This document shows, piece by piece, positions 8,610-19,188 of a stretch of DNA of 43,198 bases; position 1 is the stretch's first letter, and each line of letters starts with the position of its first letter. The position numbers and the translations under genes were made by a program. The notes below the pieces were generated by a model. The model was not told where the DNA came from and did not search any database. It saw only the letters and a list, made by a program, of their open reading frames with translations. Source of the DNA: Candidatus Iainarchaeum sp. (GTDB taxonomy: Archaea; Iainarchaeota; Iainarchaeia; JAGGVJ01); contig JAGGVJ010000033.1 in NCBI GenBank assembly GCA_021158055.1, forward strand, positions 1 through 43,198. The letters are read 5' to 3'.

Positions 8610-11600
8610 TTGAGCACAAAAACCAACTTTTTTGTTTTTCTGACATTAGTTATTCTCATCCAGACAATCTCTTTTTCAAGCGCAGTGCCCGCAAACCCGA
8701 CGCCATTTGAAATAATCCAGCCCGACGGAAGCACATTCATTGCAATACACCGCGGTGATGAAAAAAGAAATTGGTTTGAAACCGAAGACGGATACTCAAT
8801 AACGCAAGACAAAAACAAATGGTGGACTTACGCTGAAAAAGCAAAAACCGGACAACTTATCTCAACTGAAAAAAAAGTCACCAAAATGACCCCGAATGAA
8901 AAATACATGGAAAAACACTTAATGCCAAAGAAAAAAAACATGGGCACAACAAAAACCCTGTCTCTTTTAAGCACAAACACAAGCTATTCTGCCGCAAACC
9001 TGTCAGGCGCCCCTGCGTCTGCACCTCTTTATGCAACACTGAACGGCACAGAAGAAGTCGTGGTGCTTCCAATAAGATTCACTGACACCGCACCCGACGC
9101 CGCCCACACACCCGCCCATTATAACTCGCTCTTGTTTGACTCCGCGCCAGGGGCAAACAGCATGACAAACTACTTCAAGGAAGTGTCATACGGCAACACC
9201 ACCGTAACCGGAACCACCCTGGACTGGCTTTCAAGCACTCACACTCTGGCTTACTACGGAACAGATTACAACGGAGAAATTGACTCAGGAGAAACAGGCA
9301 CAACACCCATTTATGAACTTGCGAGAGAAGCAGTGCAGCTCGCAGACCCGTTCATTAATTTTGCAGATTACGACAATGACGGGGACGGATACGTTGACCA
9401 CGTCATAATAATTCACGCGGGCGCGGGACAGGAATCCCCACCAACAACATCAACTAATATTTGGTCGCACAAAGGGAGCATATATCCACCACCGGGAGAA
9501 CTGGTTGACGGTGTGCGTGTTTTTGAATACACAATGCTTGCTGAAAGCTCACCGCTTGGAACTTTCGCCCACGAATTCACACACGACCTTGGAGCCCCGG
9601 ACCTCTATGATTACGGGCACGACGGAAACCCGGTTGAAAGATGGTGCTTAATGTCTGCCGGAAGCTGGAACGGCAGCCCTGCAGGAAGCACACCCTCGCA
9701 CATATCAGGATACTTAAAATATGATTTAGACGCAGACCCAAGCAACGGAATACTCGGGTGGGTAACTCCCGTGCCCGTGGCCTCTGACCAGACCATAACC
9801 GTAAATCAAACCGAAACCACCGCAACAAACTCACTCTACAAAATAGACATTGCAAACACAAACCAGTACTTCCTCATTGAAAACCGCCAGCAGACAGGTT
9901 ACGATTCTTATCTGCCGGAAGCAGGGCTGATTTTCTGGCACATTGACAAAGACATGCCAAACAACAACGGCACCCCCAACAACCCTTATTACCGCGCGTG
10001 GGTTGAAGACCCTGGGAAAACAACATACAAACTCGGAGCCGCTTACTCTCAAAACGACGCGCAGACAAGTTTTACGTGGCAAACCGACCCGAACACCTGC
10101 TCAAACAGGTGTGAAACAATAATCAGCAATCAACCAGTAATCTCTTTTTCGTCAATCGGAAATGAATCATCAGCAATGCCCGTTACAGTGACTTTCACTA
10201 CGCCTACAGCACTTTCAGCTTCAGTCAACACGCCTTCAACATCCTTTGAAACTATCAAGGGGACACCAACTGCCATAAGCGTTGAAATTACAAACGGCTA
10301 CGGCTATAAAATCGTTGACGCAACAGTAACCGCTTCTTTTGACAACGGTGATTCTTCAGTCACACTCTACGATGACGGCTCGCACGGAGACGGCTCATCA
10401 ACTGACGGGACTTACGCAAACATCTGGACTCCGGCAAACCCCGGAAGCGTAACAGTAACTGTACTGGCTTCAGACAGCGTTCTTGCTGACGGAAATGCAA
10501 ACGTCTCCGGAACAATTACTGCACCGCAAAACATCCTTCTGGTAGACGATGACGGGGGCAACACATATGAAACATACTTTGAAAGCGCGCTCAATGCAGG
10601 AGGATACACTTATGATGTCTGGGACGTTTCAACAGGTGGATCCCCAACAGCAATAACACTGTTCAACTACGCGGTTGTTATCTGGTCAACATCAGACAAA
10701 TGGACAGACACATTAACAGCAACAGACCAGTTCAACCTCTCAGCATATCTTGACGGCGGAGGGAGCCTTTTTCTTTCCGGACAAGACATCGGCTATGACC
10801 TTTGGGAACAATCAAACGGAACCGCCTTCTACACGGATTACCTTCACGCAGGATACATTGATGACGGGCTTGGAACCCCCGACATCGTGGGAGTCACAGG
10901 CGAACCACTCACTGAAGGGATAACAACCGGGACTTCAGAGATTTACGGCGCAGGCAACACATACCCAAGTGACATATCCCCTGCAGACGGGTTTGCCGCA
11001 CCAATTTTCAAATACGATTCGCAGGCAGGCGCAACAGGCGCGCTGAAAATAGACAACGGGTCATACCAGATCATTTACCTTGCATTCAGCTTTGAAACAA
11101 TGACCGACTCAGCAGACAAAAACCTGCTCATGGACAACGCAATGCAATGGCTTGACTCCAACACAGCACCAACAATGGACGGGCTTTCAGTGTCACCGGA
11201 CCCGGTAAAAGGCGGCGGAAACGTGATTTTGACCGTTTCAAATCCGGCGGATGCTGAATCAGACAGCCTCGACTTATACTGTGCAACCACATCACCCGCG
11301 TCAGTGACAAACTCTGACTTCTGCTCTGACACCGGCAACGCTTCGCCCTACCCGGACATATCCTGCATCGGAACAGCACCGGCAGACAACGCGATTCACG
11401 CAATTTACTGCAGGCTATACGACGGCAAAGACTACTCAACCGAACAAACACCTTTCTTCCAATCAGATTCCGCTGCACCGACAACCGCGGTCGTTTCAGT
11501 CGCAGAAGACACAACACCGCCATACCTTGACGAAATGGATGACAGCGTAACAGACGTAATCATCTCAGGCGAAACAGACATGGCCTGCCGGTCCGGAACA

Positions 11601-14600
11601 ACTGACCTGGCTTATTCAGGCATGGCACCGGAAAACGAATGCGAAATATCGGGAACGCAGGCAACATGCCACCTTGGAAACCTGGCTGAAGCAAACTATA
11701 CATATCACATAAGCTGCCAAGACTGCCTCGAAAACGAGCAGACAGACACAGAAAACCTGGACATCTCTTTTGAAGTGGCATTCAATCCCATCCCGCAGCT
11801 GACACAGCTAGACAGCAACCCGTCCCTTGCAAAAGGAGGGCTGGACGTGACAATCACAGCCACTGCAACTGACTCAAATCTCGACTTGCTGGACCTGTAC
11901 TGTGCAACGACCTCAAACGCAGGACAGTCAAACTCTGACTTCTGCTCTGACACAGGAAACACAAGCCCGTATCCAGACACAAGTTGTGTCGGAACAGCAG
12001 TATCTGATGACTTGAATCACACCATATACTGCAGAATCTTTGACGGAATAAACTATTCAAGTGAACTGACAACCCAGTACACCTCTGACTCCACAGCCCC
12101 CAACCTCAATGTGAGTGCAGTTCCGTCATTTTCAAGGGGAGAAATAACAATCAGTGCAGACGCAACAGATTCCAACATGGACAAAGTGAATCTGATGCGC
12201 GCAGACAACCCGGAAGTGATCTTTGACTCCAACTCAACCCCAAGCGGAAGCAATTACTCCCTAGACCTGAACACGACAGCAATTGCAGACGGAAACACCA
12301 CCTTTATTGTGCAGGCAGAAGACACTGTCGGAAACACAAGCGAATCACAGTTCTGGACAGTCATAGACAACACAGACCCGGTTGTTGAAAACACCCTGGG
12401 CATTCCTGCAGAGTTCATTTCCGGAAGCGAAAACCAAACCTTTTCCATAAACCTGACTGAAGCAAACCTTGACCAGCCAAGCGTGAAAATATGGTGGCGC
12501 ACCGGAACCACCCTGCCATTTAGCGACGTCAATGCAACCTGCAGCGGAACAAGCCCAAATTATGCATGTTCAGTTGACCTGAACTTAACCGGGGTTCCGG
12601 AAGGCACGCAAATACAATTCTACGGGACAGCAAAAGACCTTGCAGACAACAACACCACCGGAACACAGTCAACAACAGCAATAGACCGCACGCCTCCGAC
12701 AGTAAACACCCCGGCAGTCGACATTTCATGCGTCGGAGAAAACAGCGTTGTGTTCGTCCCCCCTGCTTTTGAAACAAGCGCTGCCGCGTCAGACACAAAC
12801 AGCTCAATTTCTTCATGCAGTTATTCCTTAAACAACGGAACCAGCTGGAACAACGCATCTTACCTGTCCGGAAAATGCACTGCAAGCGTCAGCGGGCAAA
12901 GCAACGGCGCAAACCTGTCAATAAAATTCAAAGCATCTGACCTGGCAGGAAACCAGTCAACCGGGTCTGATTTCAATGCAACGGTCGACTCAAGCGCGCC
13001 TGCCATAGCCGGCATTTCAGTCACTTATCCAGGAGGGGACACAGTTGCAGAAAACACGGAATCAATAGTCGTAAAGGCCACAATAACCGAAGAAACCTGC
13101 AGCGTCTTCTCGGTCACCCTCGACGCAGCGCCGATCGGCGACTCACCGTCAATTGCAATGAACGACTCGGGAACAAACGGGGACGAAACCGCCGGAGACA
13201 ACATATACTCTGCAACAGCAACAGTTTCAGGGGTAACCAAAACGCAGACAATCAACATAACAATCAATGCACTGGATTCTCTTTTAAACCACTCAAAGGC
13301 AGACGTTGAAATTTCAGTCTACAAAAAAAGCAGTAGCAAAGGCAGAAGCAGTTCTTCCGGCGGGGGAGGGGGTGGAGGCGGCGGAACTGCCGGCTCGTCA
13401 ATTGAAGGCATACACTTTTTTGAAATCGTAAAAGTGCCTGACAGGGTGAAAATCTCATCCCTGAAAAACAGCGGGTTCAGCTTTTCACTGACAAACATAG
13501 CCGGAGTGTCAATGAGCGGGCTTTCCGCCACCATCAAATCAAAAACATGCGAAGACTGCTTCTCGTTTGAAATAACAAAAGACCTGTCAAAAAAACACCT
13601 GCCATACACTCCGATTAAAGTCCCCGTGAACTTTTCTGTGAAAGAAGGAATTCCTGCAGGAGAATACGAAATAGAAATAGAGCTGTTTGTGGACACCGGA
13701 AGCAAAAACAAAAAAGCAGACTCCAGGAAAATAACAATCATTGTCCCGGGAGACAAGTCAAAAAGAAAAAAACCGGTAGTTGAGCGGGAAATTTACCTTG
13801 ACAAGCAATACCTTGAAGACAGGTACGGGTTCGGGGAACTGTACGTGTACCCGAAATTTGAAGTGAGACTGATTGTAAAAAACGGCCCCTACAGAGTTGA
13901 AAACCTGAAAATAACAGAAACAATCCCAAAAGAAATACTTGAAAACGTAAACGATTTATTCACAGAGTTAAGAATAGATGGAAAAAGCGACATAGCTTAC
14001 CTTAGCTCAGAATACCCGTTCACGGTAATTGACCCTGATCCAATCATTGAATTTGATCTCGGTTCAGCAGAGCCGTTTGAGGAAAAAACCGTAAGCTACA
14101 TAATCAAAAAAGAAAGAATAGACACAGGCCTGTTTTCAAATCAGCCTGACATTGAGTACGACTCGCTTGAAATCATTAAACAACCGACTGCTGTTTGCGG
14201 TGACGGAACCTGCACTGCACCCGACGAAAATGCAACCGTCTGCCCGCAGGACTGCGCCACTGCGCCAAAGCAGACCCAGATAATCCCTGAAGAACCGGGG
14301 AAAAAAGAAGGCACAGGCCTGTGCGGAAACCAAACCTGCGACAAAGGCGAATCAGTTCAAAACTGCCCGCAGGACTGCCGGCAAACACAAACCAACCTGT
14401 TTTTCGGACCTGGCTTTTTGGTTGTTTTGGGCATCGGAGCAACACTGGTAATCTTTGCATGCGCAATGGTTGTTATTGCAGTAATCCTGAAAAAAAGCTA
14501 TCTTGCCTCAAAGATAACCAACATAAAAAAAAGAAGGGGTAAAGTAACAGAAGAAATAAAATCCATGAGGCAAAAAGGTTACAGAAAACGCCGGATAATC

Positions 14601-14717
14601 TCGACTCTGCTGGCGGAAGGCCGCGACGAAAACGAGATAATAAGCGGTTTTCAATCTCTTCCAAAGAAAAAAGGAATACTTGAAAAAATAAGGGAATTCG
14701 TAAAAAAGAAAGGTTAG
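8610..14717 (+). CDS. Secreted, membrane-anchored M6 family (immune inhibitor A-like) metalloprotease, 2035 aa
   Basis: Signal peptide plus AVPANP..QPDG prodomain, DYDNDGDGYVD, IWSH, zinc motif HEFTHDLGAPDLYD, YFLIENRQ, Ig-like stalk, Cys-rich CGN/CGD repeats, C-terminal TM; GGTGA RBS at 8601. Confidence 0.9.
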   Translation: MSTKTNFFVFLTLVILIQTISFSSAVPANPTPFEIIQPDGSTFIAIHRGDEKRNWFETEDGYSITQDKNKWWTYAEKAKTGQLISTEKKVTKMTPNEKYMEKHLMPKKKNMGTTKTLSLLSTNTSYSAANLSGAPASAPLYATLNGTEEVVVLPIRFTDTAPDAAHTPAHYNSLLFDSAPGANSMTNYFKEVSYGNTTVTGTTLDWLSSTHTLAYYGTDYNGEIDSGETGTTPIYELAREAVQLADPFINFADYDNDGDGYVDHVIIIHAGAGQESPPTTSTNIWSHKGSIYPPPGELVDGVRVFEYTMLAESSPLGTFAHEFTHDLGAPDLYDYGHDGNPVERWCLMSAGSWNGSPAGSTPSHISGYLKYDLDADPSNGILGWVTPVPVASDQTITVNQTETTATNSLYKIDIANTNQYFLIENRQQTGYDSYLPEAGLIFWHIDKDMPNNNGTPNNPYYRAWVEDPGKTTYKLGAAYSQNDAQTSFTWQTDPNTCSNRCETIISNQPVISFSSIGNESSAMPVTVTFTTPTALSASVNTPSTSFETIKGTPTAISVEITNGYGYKIVDATVTASFDNGDSSVTLYDDGSHGDGSSTDGTYANIWTPANPGSVTVTVLASDSVLADGNANVSGTITAPQNILLVDDDGGNTYETYFESALNAGGYTYDVWDVSTGGSPTAITLFNYAVVIWSTSDKWTDTLTATDQFNLSAYLDGGGSLFLSGQDIGYDLWEQSNGTAFYTDYLHAGYIDDGLGTPDIVGVTGEPLTEGITTGTSEIYGAGNTYPSDISPADGFAAPIFKYDSQAGATGALKIDNGSYQIIYLAFSFETMTDSADKNLLMDNAMQWLDSNTAPTMDGLSVSPDPVKGGGNVILTVSNPADAESDSLDLYCATTSPASVTNSDFCSDTGNASPYPDISCIGTAPADNAIHAIYCRLYDGKDYSTEQTPFFQSDSAAPTTAVVSVAEDTTPPYLDEMDDSVTDVIISGETDMACRSGTTDLAYSGMAPENECEISGTQATCHLGNLAEANYTYHISCQDCLENEQTDTENLDISFEVAFNPIPQLTQLDSNPSLAKGGLDVTITATATDSNLDLLDLYCATTSNAGQSNSDFCSDTGNTSPYPDTSCVGTAVSDDLNHTIYCRIFDGINYSSELTTQYTSDSTAPNLNVSAVPSFSRGEITISADATDSNMDKVNLMRADNPEVIFDSNSTPSGSNYSLDLNTTAIADGNTTFIVQAEDTVGNTSESQFWTVIDNTDPVVENTLGIPAEFISGSENQTFSINLTEANLDQPSVKIWWRTGTTLPFSDVNATCSGTSPNYACSVDLNLTGVPEGTQIQFYGTAKDLADNNTTGTQSTTAIDRTPPTVNTPAVDISCVGENSVVFVPPAFETSAAASDTNSSISSCSYSLNNGTSWNNASYLSGKCTASVSGQSNGANLSIKFKASDLAGNQSTGSDFNATVDSSAPAIAGISVTYPGGDTVAENTESIVVKATITEETCSVFSVTLDAAPIGDSPSIAMNDSGTNGDETAGDNIYSATATVSGVTKTQTINITINALDSLLNHSKADVEISVYKKSSSKGRSSSSGGGGGGGGGTAGSSIEGIHFFEIVKVPDRVKISSLKNSGFSFSLTNIAGVSMSGLSATIKSKTCEDCFSFEITKDLSKKHLPYTPIKVPVNFSVKEGIPAGEYEIEIELFVDTGSKNKKADSRKITIIVPGDKSKRKKPVVEREIYLDKQYLEDRYGFGELYVYPKFEVRLIVKNGPYRVENLKITETIPKEILENVNDLFTELRIDGKSDIAYLSSEYPFTVIDPDPIIEFDLGSAEPFEEKTVSYIIKKERIDTGLFSNQPDIEYDSLEIIKQPTAVCGDGTCTAPDENATVCPQDCATAPKQTQIIPEEPGKKEGTGLCGNQTCDKGESVQNCPQDCRQTQTNLFFGPGFLVVLGIGATLVIFACAMVVIAVILKKSYLASKITNIKKRRGKVTEEIKSMRQKGYRKRRIISTLLAEGRDENEIISGFQSLPKKKGILEKIREFVKKKG
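11270..12065 (+). repeat. Internal duplication of a four-Cys Ig-like module in the M6 protease (offset 621 nt)
   Basis: LDLYCATTS...NSDFCSDTGN.SPYPD.SC.GTA...IYCR..DG..YS.E occurs twice; 25 identical nt at 11308-11332 and 11929-11953. Confidence 0.9.
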
Positions 14718-14799
14718 TCAAGCAGACATTCAACAGGAAAACAAAAAAAATGACTGCAGACAGGTTAACCAACCTTTAAAGCTTGCTTCAACCCAACCT

Positions 14800-15657
14800 T
14801 TAGACCATTGATTTCAGCCTGCTTACCCTGTCTTTTGTCGGAGGGTGCGTGCTCAAAAGCTTCATGAGATTGCCTGCTGCAAAAGGGTTCACGATAAACA
14901 TGTGGGCAGTTGCCTCGCTCCCCCTCTTCATGGGCGCAACTGCTGCCGCGCCTTCAAGCTTTAAAAGCGCGTTTGCAAGAGCAATGGGATTGTGAATCGT
15001 TTTTGCCGCGGTCTTGTCTGCCTCAAACTCTCTTGAACGTGAAATGGCCATCTGGATAATGACTGCAAGCAACGGCGCGATTATTGCAATCACCAAAAGC
15101 TCAATAATGCCTGAACCGTTATCGTCGCTTCTTCCGAAACCCCCGAAAATCGCACCCCACCTTGCAACAATAGCCATGTAAGAAATGACTCCTGCAATGG
15201 TTGCCGCAATCGTGCTTATCAAAATGTCACGGTTTTTTATGTGGGCCATTTCATGGGCAATCACTCCCCGCAGTTCATCCGGGCTCAATACCTTCAAAAT
15301 CCCCTGAGTCACTGCAACCGCTGCGTGTTTCGGGTTTCTTCCCGTTGCAAAAGCATTTGCTGACATTGTGTTCATGACATACACTTTCGGCTTTGGGATG
15401 CCTGCAAGCTGCGCAACTTCAGAAACCGTTGCATTAAGCTTCGGGTACTCTGAATCGGTTGCCTCTTTTGCCCCGTGCATGGCAAGCACAATTTTGTCTG
15501 AAAACCAGTAGGAACCAAAATTCATGGCAATTGCAAAAACAAGCCCGAAAAAAAGACCTGTCTGTCCTCCGGCAATTCCCCCGATTGCAATCAAAACCCC
15601 GCTTAAAAGACCAAGCAAAGCAACTGTTCTCACATTATTACCAAACATTAAAACCAC
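14800..15657 (-). CDS. htpX: Membrane zinc metalloprotease HtpX (M48)
   Basis: YWFSDKIVL, NAFATGRNP, HEMAH, ISRSREFEAD, STHPP. Confidence 0.95.
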   Translation of the reverse strand: MVLMFGNNVRTVALLGLLSGVLIAIGGIAGGQTGLFFGLVFAIAMNFGSYWFSDKIVLAMHGAKEATDSEYPKLNATVSEVAQLAGIPKPKVYVMNTMSANAFATGRNPKHAAVAVTQGILKVLSPDELRGVIAHEMAHIKNRDILISTIAATIAGVISYMAIVARWGAIFGGFGRSDDNGSGIIELLVIAIIAPLLAVIIQMAISRSREFEADKTAAKTIHNPIALANALLKLEGAAAVAPMKRGSEATAHMFIVNPFAAGNLMKLLSTHPPTKDRVSRLKSMV

Positions 15658-15875
15658 TACCTTATCAATGAATTATACTGACTAAATGAATTGACATATA
15701 ACTAACCCAATCATCTGATCACATTTAATAATTAAACATTTACTTGTTTTTAATAATTAACCACCATTTAAAACAATTTAAACACTGGAATAAAAGCAAC
15801 AATAAACCTAAAAACAGAAGTGCATAAAAATTAATTGTTGCAGAATTCAAACACCGCGTCACTTACCGGCATACC

Positions 15876-16448
15876 CTACTGCTTTCTCTGAAAAACAACC
15901 ATTGCAAGCGCAACAAGCGTTGCCGTAAAAAACCCTACTAAACCCATTCCCGGAACACTGCTTCGCACCAGTAAAGCAGGGGTTCCGTCAGACACTGCAA
16001 AAGGAGAAAAATTTGAAACTTTTGCGCAAAGAATATTTGCTTCAGTATCAATGCTGTAAGTGGAATTCTGCCACGTGGCACCGTTGTAATGCATTACTTC
16101 GAAATTTTCCTCGCCGGAATCATTTGTTATATCAAAATCACTGTAAGAAAAACAAGAAATTACCCCCTCGTTAAAACCCATTCCCTCTGTGTAAGTAGCA
16201 GTTGTCGAAAGATAAACACAACTTCCGCGGGCTAAAAACGACTCCCCGCATTCAAGTTCACGATCTGCAGTCAAAGTGCCTGCAACAGACACATTTGCAA
16301 ACTGCACAGAAATATCTGTGCCGGAAACATTCACGTCAACCATTGAACCGGTCGGAACAGGCCCTGTTCCCAATATGACAGCACCCGCGCCTGAAAGGAA
16401 AACCACAAACGCTGCAAAAAACAAAAATAGCCTCAAAAAATCACTCAC
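15876..16448 (-). CDS. Small surface protein with a PGF-pre-PGF-like domain and a C-terminal sorting/anchor segment
   Basis: Signal peptide; HYNGATW...KVSNFSPFAV signature; VPGMG + TM + RKQ terminus. Confidence 0.65.
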   Translation of the reverse strand: MSDFLRLFLFFAAFVVFLSGAGAVILGTGPVPTGSMVDVNVSGTDISVQFANVSVAGTLTADRELECGESFLARGSCVYLSTTATYTEGMGFNEGVISCFSYSDFDITNDSGEENFEVMHYNGATWQNSTYSIDTEANILCAKVSNFSPFAVSDGTPALLVRSSVPGMGLVGFFTATLVALAMVVFQRKQ

Positions 16449-16594
16449 TCTACATTATATAATACACTAATTAAGAAATTTGGTTTTCATATTTAAATAT
16501 TGTTATTTAAATGACTTTTAAATGAATTCAAAGAATTAACTGCTTGCGCTAAACAGCAATTAAAACACAATGTGCATAAGAAACCTTGCAAACC

Positions 16595-17341
16595 CTACTT
16601 TTCAATTCTTGGAGCAAGGTAATAAGTGAGAACCGCGTCGTTGTTTATGACGTAATTCACTTTCACGGGCGCGTCGGAACGCAACTCTATGTTCACTACT
16701 GTGCCCTGATCAGTGGCTTTCAGTATGTCCTGCAGGTAATCAAGCGGGAAAGTGGATTTTGACTGTTCAGAGGAAACAATATCAAAAATAGAATCGTCGT
16801 CAGTGGTTGAGTCAATATTTACTTCGCCGCCGGAACCTTTTGCAGAAAGCAAAAAAGCAGAATTTTCCACGTTCAGCAAAACATGGCTGGAAAAAAGCGC
16901 CGCGTCTTTTAAAGACTCACGGAATGCACCCGCATTTATTTTCACAGAAGAAGTAAAATCAATTTTCGGGGACGGAAGCTCTGTTGAAGAAATGTCTATG
17001 AGCGGGATATTAAAGCTCCTTGTGGACTTTTCCTTGAACTTGAGCCCAATGCGGGTTTTTCCCTCGTCAACAGTTATTGCAACTGACTCCTTTTGCCGCA
17101 CACGCGAGGTAATCCGCGCAAGCTCTGAAAAATCAATGCCAAGCTTTAGCGGCGACTCAATCGAAAACTCCTTGAAAGCAGAACGCGGCAATTTAAATTC
17201 AACCATTGCAATTCCGCTCGGATCAGTTGCCCTCAACCCGATTCCGCCTTCGTCAACCTCAAATTCCCCTTCATCAATCAAATTGACTATTGCGTCAACA
17301 CAACTCTTGAAAAATTTCGCGTCTTCCAAAACAATTTTCAC
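16595..17341 (-). CDS. pcn: DNA polymerase sliding clamp PCNA
   Basis: AIVNLIDEGEF, ATDPSGIAMV, FPLDYL, C-terminal YYLAPRIE; 248 aa. Confidence 0.95.
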   Translation of the reverse strand: MKIVLEDAKFFKSCVDAIVNLIDEGEFEVDEGGIGLRATDPSGIAMVEFKLPRSAFKEFSIESPLKLGIDFSELARITSRVRQKESVAITVDEGKTRIGLKFKEKSTRSFNIPLIDISSTELPSPKIDFTSSVKINAGAFRESLKDAALFSSHVLLNVENSAFLLSAKGSGGEVNIDSTTDDDSIFDIVSSEQSKSTFPLDYLQDILKATDQGTVVNIELRSDAPVKVNYVINNDAVLTYYLAPRIEK

Positions 17342-17521
17342 TCAATCACCCGGATAATTAACAAACCAACGTTATTGGTTTATTACAATTTATTACCATT
17401 ACAATACATAAACTTCCCATAAATAATACACAAACTTCCTTTAAATAATTGTTCTAAACTAAATGGCGTTGCAACATGGAAAGAAGTCAAAAATAGGTTG
17501 CTGAAAAAACAATATGCAAAA

Positions 17522-18496
17522 TCAACTGCCAAACACAATCAGTTTAAACCAGCCGACGTAAGGAATGTGAAAAACTGATTTTCCGTGAATAACGGAAAAA
17601 TCTGTCGGATACGCTATTCCGGGACGCTGTGAAACCGGGCCCTCTCCGCCGTTGACGCACACATCACCTGCTTTTGCTGAAAACCATTTTGTGTCTGCAT
17701 CAAAAGTTACATCAAGCCTTTCAGCACAAACAGGCCTTTGAAAAATCGGAAAAAGGTCAAGGTAAGAATTATTATCGCCTTTCGTAATCACAAGTTCTTT
17801 CTCCCCGGCACGAACCTTGACAACCGCCCTGTGAATAACAGGAATCGAAGAATTAATCTGGGAATCAAAAACCACTACGTCTCCCCCGGTTGTCACGGGA
17901 ACAGAACCAATGACTTTATCCCGTTTTTCGGTTTCAAAAAACACAATATCTGTGGGGTGACAAAAAAACAAGTAGCCTTGAGCAATATTCTTTGTCGTGC
18001 ATTCACGAACAACTGAAAAAAACATTTTCTCGGAATCAAGCTCAACCAAAGGAGCTGAAAGGGAATCAAAATCAGTCCCCTGAAGAACAACAACATCCCC
18101 CCTGTACATGACCGGCTCCATTGAAGCGGAAAGCACAATCACACCGGGAAGATCTGTCCCCAGCAAGACACCTGCTAAAAAAAGCAAAACGTAAGCTGAA
18201 ATAATTCCTGTTACCGCGTAAGCAATCCACTCCAAAGCAACAAAAAACTTGCTTGAGCCCATTTTTTCTCCAAGCACGCGGGCAATCAAACGCTCGGCGT
18301 AATAAAAGGGGTCAAAGTATTTCAGTTTGGAGCGGACAAACACCAGCGCGGAAAAAACCGGTGACAGAAAAGAAAAAACTGACTTTAAACGTGAAACAAA
18401 TGAAAAGGACTGCTTCTTTACATTTTTATCCTGCTCTTTCGCCTTTTCATTTTTGTGCTTTTTCGCCCTTTTGTTACTGTGCTTTTTTGCCATCAA
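17522..18496 (-). CDS. Signal peptidase I (S26B/Sec11 type) with insertions
   Basis: TM followed by VLSASMEPVMYRGD, VIHRAV, TKGDNN, IPYVGW. Confidence 0.85.
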   Translation of the reverse strand: MMAKKHSNKRAKKHKNEKAKEQDKNVKKQSFSFVSRLKSVFSFLSPVFSALVFVRSKLKYFDPFYYAERLIARVLGEKMGSSKFFVALEWIAYAVTGIISAYVLLFLAGVLLGTDLPGVIVLSASMEPVMYRGDVVVLQGTDFDSLSAPLVELDSEKMFFSVVRECTTKNIAQGYLFFCHPTDIVFFETEKRDKVIGSVPVTTGGDVVVFDSQINSSIPVIHRAVVKVRAGEKELVITKGDNNSYLDLFPIFQRPVCAERLDVTFDADTKWFSAKAGDVCVNGGEGPVSQRPGIAYPTDFSVIHGKSVFHIPYVGWFKLIVFGS

Positions 18497-19188
18497 ACCC
18501 TACCTCTTGAATCCCCTCTTGAAATTCCCGACGCAATCAGATGCGCTACACGAACCGGCTCGGGAACATTTGCATGCAAAATGGTTCTTTTAAGATAAAC
18601 CCTTGCATTTGAAAGTGAAACGCCTGCGCACTGAAAAAAAATTTCTGAATCACCCGTTTTTGCGGCATGCACTTTACCTGCTGAAGCCATCGCTTCAAGG
18701 CGCTTTTCACTGCCGCTCAATCTTTTGACGGCGTCTTTAACAGCATCCATGTCAGGCGGTTTTCGAATGACCGCGATTGCAGGCAACTTTGTCATTTTTG
18801 AAAGTTCAATTATGTCCGGAATGTTAAAACCGGCAAAACTCAAGCCGTCAAGAAAAATCGCCCTGATTTGCGGTTTTTGCCTGCTGTTGTTTACAAGGCA
18901 AGCCATTTTTTCAGTTGAATCAAACCCGTCTTTTTTTACCTGACAGGACATGACCGCTTCAAGCCTTGAATTCCCGCGCAAAACCGCGCCGACAAGAAGC
19001 ACGCTTTCCAAACCAGGGAAATAACAGCCGTCGTCAAAACCAACTGTGCGTATGTCTTTTTTTATCTCATACGCTTCACTGTCTTTTGCAATGCTGCACC
19101 ACTCCCATTTGGAAAACCCGGCTTTAAAGCGCCTGCACTTTCTTGACAAATTCAGCTGAATCTTTTTTAATTTTTTCAATCGCGTCAA
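18493..19188 (-). CDS. DUF99 family (endonuclease V-like fold) protein; start uncertain, probably near 19092
   Basis: IKKDIRTVGFDDG, FLDGLSFAGFNI, PEPVRVAHLIASG; usual neighbour of rpoL. Confidence 0.85.
   Translation of the reverse strand: MTRLKKLKKIQLNLSRKCRRFKAGFSKWEWCSIAKDSEAYEIKKDIRTVGFDDGCYFPGLESVLLVGAVLRGNSRLEAVMSCQVKKDGFDSTEKMACLVNNSRQKPQIRAIFLDGLSFAGFNIPDIIELSKMTKLPAIAVIRKPPDMDAVKDAVKRLSGSEKRLEAMASAGKVHAAKTGDSEIFFQCAGVSLSNARVYLKRTILHANVPEPVRVAHLIASGISRGDSRGRV

Noticed and set aside
13330-13400. GC-rich stretch in the M6 gene as a structured RNA or insertion
   Set aside because: It encodes an in-frame Ser/Gly linker (SSSGGGGGGGGG) typical of archaeal surface proteins.
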